From the NCBI GenBank assembly GCA_009783775.1, contig WRCT01000001.1, forward strand, positions 1-48,567: a stretch of DNA of 48,567 nt, in the 5' to 3' direction. A program made the position numbers and the translations under genes. Below the pieces are notes generated by a model. The model was not told where the DNA came from, ran no database searches, and was given only the letters and a program-made list of their open reading frames with translations. How positions within the stretch are numbered: position 1 is the first letter of the stretch; each line of letters starts with the position of its first letter. This stretch comes from Clostridiales bacterium (GTDB lineage Bacteria > Bacillota > Clostridia > Christensenellales > CAG-138). Below are positions 42,719 through 48,567 of this stretch, in pieces.

Positions 42719-44536
42719 TCAAGTAATTCGGACGCCGTAAATCTTCTGCCCGCGCGTGCCGACGACGATCATATCGCCAAAGGCGGCGGGTGTGGATTCG
42801 ATCGCTTTCTCGCCCAGGCGGATCTTATCGAGCAGCACGCCCGTCTTGCCGTCTAAGAGATACATCCAGCCGTTCGTATTGCATTGGATCAGATAGGCCG
42901 TGCCGTCCTCCGTATAGATCGCGGCCGTGGAGGACCAGGTGAACCCGCCCAAGTCAAAGTTCCATACCTCGCGGCCCGTCTGTTTGTCCAGCGCGACGAG
43001 CAGGCCCGTGCCCTTGCCCGGCGTGCGCGCCAGCGGCATGATGACCAAATCGGAGATGTTTCCCTGCCCCACCAGCGCGGTGGCCTGCGACCCGCCCGAA
43101 ATGCCCTCCGCCGTGTAGCAGGTGTAGTCCGTGCGCCAGATCACCTCGCCCGTCGAGGCATCGATCTTCCAGATCGGGATCGGCGCGGTCTTGTCCATCG
43201 CCGCCCGCCAGCCGCCGTGGAAGGAGGTCGAGATATACAGATAGCCCCGCCCGTCCGGTTCGATCTCCAGCACGGGCGTGCTGTTCGTGTCGTCCAACGT
43301 GTCCTGCACCCAAACGACCTGCATGGTGTTCAGATCCACGCACATCAGGTGCCCGCCGTTGTCCGCGACATATAGAAAGTGTTTCCAGATCACGCTGCTG
43401 CTCTCAATGCCCAGCCAAAACTTCTTAATCCCGTGCTTGCGCGAGCGCTCCGTCGTATAGGCCATCTGCACCATATCGGAGGGCGCGATGCTCACCGTGC
43501 CCGCAGCGGGATCGTAGTGGCTGTTTAGTTTGACGGTATAGATCACGCCGTCCTCGCCGCAGGTGATCAGCGTGTCGGTGCCCGTGTCGACGAGCGGCGC
43601 GCAGTCCCAGCCCGTCCAGTTGCGGAAGGCAAACTTGTTCTTGCGTCCGAACTCATAGAGCAGCTGCTGGTCGATTAAGGAATAGATACAAAAGCGGGAG
43701 TCCGCCTTCTTGCCCGGCGTGTCGTCGCCGCCCGAGCCGACATACAGCAACGGATAGCCGCGCGAATCCACGGTAAAGCCGCCCATATGGTCGCGGTCAT
43801 AGTTGTTGCCCCGACTTTGGTAGACGTCGATCTTCAGCTTGGGGCGGGTCGGCTTGCCGTCGGCCAGATCCAAGAAGTAGGCGTAGCCGTCCATCAGCGC
43901 GTAGATGACTTCGACCAGCCCGTCCTTGTTTTTCTTATCGGGTTCCAGGTTCATTTGCCGCCGCGTCTCCTCCGGCCACTGTACCAGGATCGGCTGGCCC
44001 GTCCAGCCGCTGCCCGTCCAGCGCGCCATGCCCGAGGTATTGGTCTCCCAAACCAGGCTCAGCTTTTTCTGCGTGACCTCGACTGTGCCGAAAGAGGACA
44101 TATTGCGGTAGTTATTGCCGCGAAAAGTCGTAACCCCCGCCAGGGCCGTATAACCGTCCGGCGCGCCGAAATGAATGCTCTCCGGACGGGTGTAGGCCCC
44201 AACCTCTGCCCCGTCCACACTGATCTTGGTCTCAAACCCGAAGTCGCTGGGCCGCGTGCCGTCGATCGGCGCGGGCAGCGGCATTTCTGTCTCGGGCGTC
44301 GGTTCCGGCGTGGGCAGGGCGGACGGCGCGGTTTGCGCCTGCGGGGAATCCTGCGACGGGCGCGTCTCGATCCCGACCCGCTCCGCCGGTCGCGCGGTGG
44401 CCTGCGTTTCGGGTACTTCCGGCTTGGGTTCGCCCAAAAGACTTATCGCAAGAAGGCCCAATCCAACCCCAACCGCCAGCGAAAGCGCGATAAGAAAGAA
44501 CCCCGGGACACGTTGTTGTTTTTTTCTGTTTCTCAT
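42719..44536 (-). CDS. membrane-anchored PQQ-like beta-propeller repeat protein
   Basis: N-terminal TM. P/E/T linker. Repeated (G).V.W motifs: MQVVWVQD, GEVIWRTD, GREVWNFD. Confidence 0.6.
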   Translation of the reverse strand: MRNRKKQQRVPGFFLIALSLAVGVGLGLLAISLLGEPKPEVPETQATARPAERVGIETRPSQDSPQAQTAPSALPTPEPTPETEMPLPAPIDGTRPSDFGFETKISVDGAEVGAYTRPESIHFGAPDGYTALAGVTTFRGNNYRNMSSFGTVEVTQKKLSLVWETNTSGMARWTGSGWTGQPILVQWPEETRRQMNLEPDKKNKDGLVEVIYALMDGYAYFLDLADGKPTRPKLKIDVYQSRGNNYDRDHMGGFTVDSRGYPLLYVGSGGDDTPGKKADSRFCIYSLIDQQLLYEFGRKNKFAFRNWTGWDCAPLVDTGTDTLITCGEDGVIYTVKLNSHYDPAAGTVSIAPSDMVQMAYTTERSRKHGIKKFWLGIESSSVIWKHFLYVADNGGHLMCVDLNTMQVVWVQDTLDDTNSTPVLEIEPDGRGYLYISTSFHGGWRAAMDKTAPIPIWKIDASTGEVIWRTDYTCYTAEGISGGSQATALVGQGNISDLVIMPLARTPGKGTGLLVALDKQTGREVWNFDLGGFTWSSTAAIYTEDGTAYLIQCNTNGWMYLLDGKTGVLLDKIRLGEKAIESTPAAFGDMIVVGTRGQKIYGVRIT

Positions 44537-44587
44537 AAAAACCCTCTAATGTGTTATTCTATCACACTATTGACATAATGTATAAGG

Positions 44588-44654
44588 AAAATACAGCCTG
44601 TTTTTATCTTATCCACACACTGCCCACTGTCCACTGTCCACTGTCCACTGCTCA
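44588..44654. repeat. degenerate A/T hairpin + heptad array (CTGCCCA CTGTCCA x3 CTGCTCA)
   Basis: AAAATACAG-c-CTGTTTTTA, followed by exact period-7 units at 44620-44654. In the spo0A upstream region. Confidence 0.8.
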
Positions 44655-44704
44655 CATTCGCTCTTATTCGAGAAAAACGCACTCTAACGGATTTGCCCCG
44701 CCGA

Positions 44705-44713
44705 TGTTATACT
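44705..44713 (+). promoter_or_regulatory. candidate extended -10 promoter for spo0A
   Basis: TGtTATACT about 48 nt upstream of the ATG. A 0A-box-like TTCGAGA (TCTCGAA on the other strand) lies at 44667-44673. Confidence 0.35.
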
Positions 44714-44760
44714 GTGCCCAGGTTGAAAGTGCGCCGGGGGCGTGATGGAGGAAGAGATAA

Positions 44761-45540
44761 ATGCAGAAATATAAAGTATTGCTGGTGGACGACAACGCGC
44801 CCTATGCCGAGATGATGAGAGGCTATTTGATTTCACAGGAACAGATCGCGGAGGTCGATATGGCCGCGGACGGCAAGGAGGCCATCGCGCGTTTGCGGGA
44901 CAAGCAGTACGATGTCATGACCCTGGATCTGATCATGCCGAACATGGACGGGCTGTCCGTGTTGGAGCAGGTCCCCCTGCTCTGCGGCGCGGCCGCGCCC
45001 GCCGTGGTCGTCATCTCCGCGCTGCGCAACGAGACGATGGTCCGCCGCTGCTGCGCGATGGGCGCGCGCTATTATATGGTCAAGCCGGTGGAGCCGGATA
45101 TGCTCTACCAGCGTTTGGTGCAAATGCTCGACAACGAGCAAATAAAGGGCGGGGTCCTGCCCTATGCACAGGCGCCCAAGTCCTTCGACGAGAAGGTGAC
45201 CGCCATCTTTTTGGTCGCGGGTATTCCGGCGCATATCAAGGGCTATCACTACCTGCGCGAGGGGATCAAAATGGTCTACCGCGACTGCGAGCTGATCAAC
45301 CGGATCACCAAGGAGCTGTACCCGGGCATTGCCAAGCGGTTCAACACCAGCGCCAGCAAGGTCGAGCGCGCCATCCGCCACGCCATCGAGGTCGCCTGGA
45401 CGCGCGGCAAGATCGAAAACCTCAACGCGCTCTTTGGCTACAACATCTACGGCAAGAACGACAAGCCGACCAACGGCGAGTTCATCGCCCTGGTCGCGGA
45501 CAAGCTGCTGATGGAGGAACAGGCGCGCAAGGCAGGATAG
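44761..45540 (+). CDS. spo0A: sporulation master regulator Spo0A
   Basis: Receiver domain (VLLVDDN ... [14 protein letters not shown]). Spo0A-specific C-terminus: [16 protein letters not shown] ... [15 protein letters not shown]. Confidence 0.95.
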   Translation: MQKYKVLLVDDNAPYAEMMRGYLISQEQIAEVDMAADGKEAIARLRDKQYDVMTLDLIMPNMDGLSVLEQVPLLCGAAAPAVVVISALRNETMVRRCCAMGARYYMVKPVEPDMLYQRLVQMLDNEQIKGGVLPYAQAPKSFDEKVTAIFLVAGIPAHIKGYHYLREGIKMVYRDCELINRITKELYPGIAKRFNTSASKVERAIRHAIEVAWTRGKIENLNALFGYNIYGKNDKPTNGEFIALVADKLLMEEQARKAG

Positions 45541-45725
45541 ATTCCAGACGCCAGATTCCAGACGCCAGATTCCAGACGCCAGATTCCAGACTCCAGATTC
45601 CAGACTCCAGATTCCAGACTCCAGATTCCAGATTCCAGATTCCAGATTCCAGGCTGTAAGGAAAAAACAGCAGAGCTGTTTTCACAATAATTGTACATTG
45701 TACATTGTAATTTGTACATTGCACA
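45541..45725. repeat. largest heptad-armed hairpin element: 16-unit array + hairpin + 5-unit array
   Basis: (ATTCCAG ACGCCAG)x3 (ATTCCAG ACTCCAG)x3 ATTCCAG x4, at 45541-45652. Hairpin AAAAAACAGC-aga-GCTGTTTT. TTGTACA TTGTACA TTGTAAT TTGTACA TTGCACA, at 45691-45725. Confidence 0.95.
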
Positions 45726-45780
45726 AAAGGCTTGCGGGGGAAGCCCCGTCCCCCGCAGGAATGCCCCAACCTCATAATCC

Positions 45781-45822
45781 GCGAAACGCCGTCATTGGAG
45801 TCCCCCGATGACGGTGTTTCGC
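45781..45822 (+). repeat. long imperfect hairpin related to the REP flank motif
   Basis: GCGAAACgCCGTCAT-(12 nt)-ATGACGGtGTTTCGC. Confidence 0.8.
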
Positions 45823-45838
45823 GTCCGGCGCTTCGCTT

Positions 45839-45866
45839 CGTCAAAATGACTGCGGTCATTTTGACG
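45839..45866 (+). repeat. perfect 12-bp hairpin with TGCG tetraloop
   Basis: CGTCAAAATGAC-tgcg-GTCATTTTGACG. Confidence 0.9.
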
Positions 45867-46054
45867 GTTGGCTTTGCGGCATTTTCTTGTCTCGCACCCA
45901 GGCCGTACACTGGGCGCGGGACGGCCAGAAAATACCGAGAGGTGTGGACTGCGACCGCGCCCGGGCCCCGACACAGCAATCCAGTATACGGTCTGGGATG
46001 CTGGGTTGGGTGGTCTGTCGCTCTTGTCCACGGATTATTTTGGGTTTTGGTATC

Positions 46055-46103
46055 GTAGGGCGGGGGCTTGCTCTCGCCGCGTAGGGGCGATTATCAATCG
46101 CCC
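46055..46103. repeat. two GTAGGG(G)CG-family hairpins in direct orientation
   Basis: GTAGGGCGGGGGC..CGCC and GTAGGGGCGAT-tatca-ATCGCCC. The second stem is identical to those at 17250-17272 and 12052-12074. Confidence 0.85.
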
Positions 46104-46110
46104 GCCAATA

Positions 46111-46326
46111 TCAAATCTTTTCCGCGCTGTTTTTATCCAGAAAGATAACGTCAAACTCACAAATCTTCGCGAGCCGCTCTACCACATCATAATTGGGCAT
46201 ACTGTAGCCCGTTTCATATCCGCTTAAGGTAGTTTGCGCGATCCCCAGCCTTGCAGCGAGTTCGGCCTGACTGAAACCGGCAGCGATCCGCATTTGTTTT
46301 ATCCGTTTTCCAAGCAAAGCAATCAC
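46111..46326 (-). CDS. XRE-family helix-turn-helix regulator
   Basis: 71 aa. LGKRIKQMRIAAGFSQAELAARLGIAQTTLSGYETG. The GTG start overlaps the upstream stop (GTGA). Confidence 0.7.
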   Translation of the reverse strand: MIALLGKRIKQMRIAAGFSQAELAARLGIAQTTLSGYETGYSMPNYDVVERLAKICEFDVIFLDKNSAEKI

Positions 46327-46565
46327 TTCACTTCCTGCTCCAGAGCGTCAAACGCGGGGGTATTAAAAAACTCGCCCAGCGTGATCCCAAACCCGTCGCA
46401 GAGTTTTTTGATCGTAGCAACGCCCGGGTTTTTACTTCTTTTGTAAAATATCCCCTTTATCGTGGAATTGGAAACGCCCGCAATATAACTTAACCCATTG
46501 ATGGTAATGCCGCGCTCCTTGCACAACGCCTCAATTCTATTTGCCACAGCCTGCCTTGTATCCAT
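46323..46565 (-). CDS. XRE-family helix-turn-helix regulator
   Basis: Start at ATG 46565 (GAGGTG 5 nt upstream). ANRIEALCKERGITINGLSYIAGVSNSTIKGI. Confidence 0.7.
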   Translation of the reverse strand: MDTRQAVANRIEALCKERGITINGLSYIAGVSNSTIKGIFYKRSKNPGVATIKKLCDGFGITLGEFFNTPAFDALEQEVK

Positions 46566-46590
46566 GTCCGCACCTCTTTTCTTCAACAGC

Positions 46591-46671
46591 TTGCTATATA
46601 TCGCAAATTATTGTTTGGTATATGTGGCAAAAAGCAAAAAGATGTGATACAATGTTTGCAATATATGGCAA
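46591..46671. promoter_or_regulatory. divergent control region with three 16-bp operator-like palindromes
   Basis: TTGCTATATATCGCAA (46591-46606). TTGGTATATGTGGCAA (46615-46630). TTGCAATATATGGCAA (46656-46671). An extended -10, TGaTACAAT (46645-46653), lies between O2 and O3. Confidence 0.6.
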
Positions 46672-46684
46672 ATGGGAGGCAGAT

Positions 46685-46849
46685 ATGGCGGACTATAAAG
46701 AAATGTATTATGAACTTTTCGTAGAGGTAGCGAACGTAATCGAACGTTTGCAGAAAGTACAGCAGAAAACGGAGATGATGTACGCAACTGCGGACGGTGG
46801 AGACCTGGTTTTTGGTCCGAATGTTGACGAACAGGAGGGTGACGAGTAA
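46685..46849 (+). CDS. hypothetical small acidic protein (54 aa)
   Basis: ATG with GGGAGG 5 nt upstream. Divergent from the XRE pair. No family recognised. Confidence 0.35.
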   Translation: MADYKEMYYELFVEVANVIERLQKVQQKTEMMYATADGGDLVFGPNVDEQEGDE

Positions 46850-46980
46850 GCGGATACCAAAAACCCATCATTCAAAAGGCGCGCCCGTCCGGCATGCCTT
46901 CCTTTCTATTGCCCCCGGCGCCCGGATAGACGCCGGACACTGGTTTTTTTATCCTGTTTTGTAAACAATACGGGTTTTTC

Positions 46981-47010
46981 TTGTCAGTTCTGTGGGAGAT
47001 GTGCTAAAAT
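46981..47010 (+). promoter_or_regulatory. sigma-A type promoter for the amylase gene
   Basis: TTGTCA, 18-nt spacer, TGcTAAAAT (extended -10). Confidence 0.55.
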
Positions 47011-47040
47011 AAAAAAGAATAAACTGGGGAGGTAGCTGGA

Positions 47041-48567
47041 ATGAAGAAAAAGCTCATATCCGCACTACTGATTTTTGCGTTGCTGGTGGCCTTTGTGCCA
47101 TACGGTTTGCCCACCGCCCAAGCGGCGGGCAGTCCCTCCGACTTTTCCTGGGACAACGCCACTGTGTACTTTTTGTTGACCGACCGTTTCTATAACGGCA
47201 ATCCGGCCAACGACCATTCCTACGGGCGCGGGCTGGACCAAAGCGGAAAGGTCGTGCAGGGCATAGATCCCAGCGCCACCTTCCACGGCGGCGACTTTGC
47301 AGGCATTACCAAGAAAATCGAGGAAGGTTACTTCACCGATCTGGGCGTGAACGCGATCTGGCTCTCCGCGCCCTATGAGCAGATCCACGGCTATGTGCCG
47401 GGCTGGGGCGGAGATTGTTTCCCGCACTTCGGCTATCATGGCTACTATGCCTTGGATTACACGCAGCCCGACGCCAACTTCGGCACCAAGGCGGAATTCA
47501 AGACCATGGTCGACACGGCGCATGAGTACGGCATCCGTATCGTGCTGGACGTCGTGATGAACCACGCGGGCTACGTCACCCTAAAGGACATGGATGAATA
47601 CGGCTTCGGCTCCTTTAACGGCAGCTGGCAATCCCATTATTATTCCTACAAGCCAAACTTGAACACCTATACCAACCATATCAATTACTCCACCGACACG
47701 GGCTGGAGCAACTGGTGGGGCAGGGATTGGGTGCGCGTCAGCGGCGCGGATGACGGCCGCAAGCCGCCCAGTTATGACGGGCCGGGCAGCACGGACGAGA
47801 CGATGTGCCTGTCCAACCTTCCCGACTTCAAAACGGAGACGACCAATACGGTCAGCGTGCCGGTCCTGCTGCAGAACAAGTGGACCAAGGAAGGGCGGCT
47901 GACCCAGGAAACGGATAAGCTGAACGCATTCTTTACCCGCACCGGACGGCCCAAAACGGTGACGAACCACCTCGTCGCCTGGCTCTCCGAATGGGTGCGG
48001 GAATACGGCATCGACGGTTTCCGCTGTGACACGGCCAAGCATATCGAAATGGCGGCCTGGAAAGCGTTAAAGGACGAGTGCGTGGAAGCACTGCGGTACT
48101 GGAAGGGCCAAAATCCCACCAAGAAGCTGGACGATCTGGATTTCTGGATGACGGGCGAGACTTGGAATTGGAACATCGGCTCGGGCAAGGACCGCCACTT
48201 CACGCAGGGCGGCTTTGACTCCATGATCAACTTTGAGACGCAGGGCGCGGGCCTCTTGTCCGCGAGCAATGTCGCCGGCACGCACGCGCGCTACGCCACC
48301 AGCATCAATACTACGGCCGGCTTTAACGTGCTGTCCTATGTCTCCTCTCACGATACCGTCCGCGCATCCGGCGACCGCATCGCCATCGGCTCGGGACTGC
48401 TGCTGCTGCCCGGCGCGGTGCAGATTTATTACGGCGACGAGACGGGGCTCCCGCTGGACAGCGCTGCCTGGCCGGGCAGCGACCACCGGCTGCGCGGCGA
48501 TATGAACTGGAATTCTATGGACGGCGCCGCTTTGGAGCATTGGCAGCTTGTCGGCACCTTCAGGGGC
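47041..48567 (+). CDS. secreted GH13 alpha-amylase (3-prime end outside the window)
   Basis: Translated by hand, because the ORF is open-ended and absent from the ORF track. Signal peptide ending AQAAG. Region I DVVMNHAGY. Region II GIDGFRCDTAKHI. Region III FWMTGETW. Region IV YVSSHDT. No stop through 48567. Confidence 0.9.
   Translation, partial: MKKKLISALLIFALLVAFVPYGLPTAQAAGSPSDFSWDNATVYFLLTDRFYNGNPANDHSYGRGLDQSGKVVQGIDPSATFHGGDFAGITKKIEEGYFTDLGVNAIWLSAPYEQIHGYVPGWGGDCFPHFGYHGYYALDYTQPDANFGTKAEFKTMVDTAHEYGIRIVLDVVMNHAGYVTLKDMDEYGFGSFNGSWQSHYYSYKPNLNTYTNHINYSTDTGWSNWWGRDWVRVSGADDGRKPPSYDGPGSTDETMCLSNLPDFKTETTNTVSVPVLLQNKWTKEGRLTQETDKLNAFFTRTGRPKTVTNHLVAWLSEWVREYGIDGFRCDTAKHIEMAAWKALKDECVEALRYWKGQNPTKKLDDLDFWMTGETWNWNIGSGKDRHFTQGGFDSMINFETQGAGLLSASNVAGTHARYATSINTTAGFNVLSYVSSHDTVRASGDRIAIGSGLLLLPGAVQIYYGDETGLPLDSAAWPGSDHRLRGDMNWNSMDGAALEHWQLVGTFRG

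Noticed and set aside
45541-45652. A possible CRISPR array, suggested by the regular short repeats.
   Set aside because: The period is 7 nt with no unique spacers, no leader and no cas genes. Every other heptad array in the window has the same properties.
45447-45979. ORFs 45447-45719 and 45482-45979, which translate the heptad array into ESGIWNLESGVW-type repeats.
   Set aside because: The periodic peptide is just the 7-nt DNA repeat read through three frames. There is no RBS, the ORFs run across hairpins and several repeat families, and they are on the strand opposite to any plausible transcription unit.

Overview
A 48.6-kb chromosomal window from a high-GC, spore-forming Firmicute. It looks like Clostridia, because spo0A, sigH and a SpoIID-like gene are all present. 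All calls come from reading the ORF translations and the DNA by eye; no searches were run. About 40 genes can be supported, most of them housekeeping. They include thiT behind a TPP riboswitch, sigH-rlmB-mrnC-ridA, a YbaK-type deacylase, mfd-pth and lgt. There is also a flavin reductase-rubredoxin gene next to rubrerythrin, and a MacB/FtsX-type ABC operon. A wall-remodelling run follows (SpoIID-like, PG-binding NlpC/P60, L,D-transpeptidase), then an MFS transporter, proS, a parE/parC-like type IIA topoisomerase pair, lysC, a DUF1015 gene, spo0A and a truncated GH13 alpha-amylase. No rRNA, tRNA, CRISPR array, transposase or recognisable defence genes were seen.

The unusual content is non-coding. 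Almost every intergenic gap longer than about 60 bp holds a structured repeat.
1. Elements built from tandem 7-bp (heptad) arrays, whose word differs between loci, flanking a conserved A-tract/T-tract hairpin. There are 10 loci. Several ORFs take their stop codon or C-terminus from these arrays.
2. REP/BIME-like CGTCATTGCGG..CCGCAATCTC hairpins.
3. GTAGGGGCG..CGCCC hairpins.
4. Hairpins with variable stems and a constant TGCG loop.
5. A 145-bp TIR element present as an inverted pair bracketing pth-mfd.

The best protein-level oddity is a lower-GC 519-aa membrane-anchored ORF of unknown family. It sits exactly between the two topoisomerase subunit genes and is translationally coupled to the first. 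Four genes also look leaderless, with a -10 hexamer 7-9 nt before the ATG and no Shine-Dalgarno sequence. A low-GC tandem XRE cassette with a tripartite operator lies next to spo0A.
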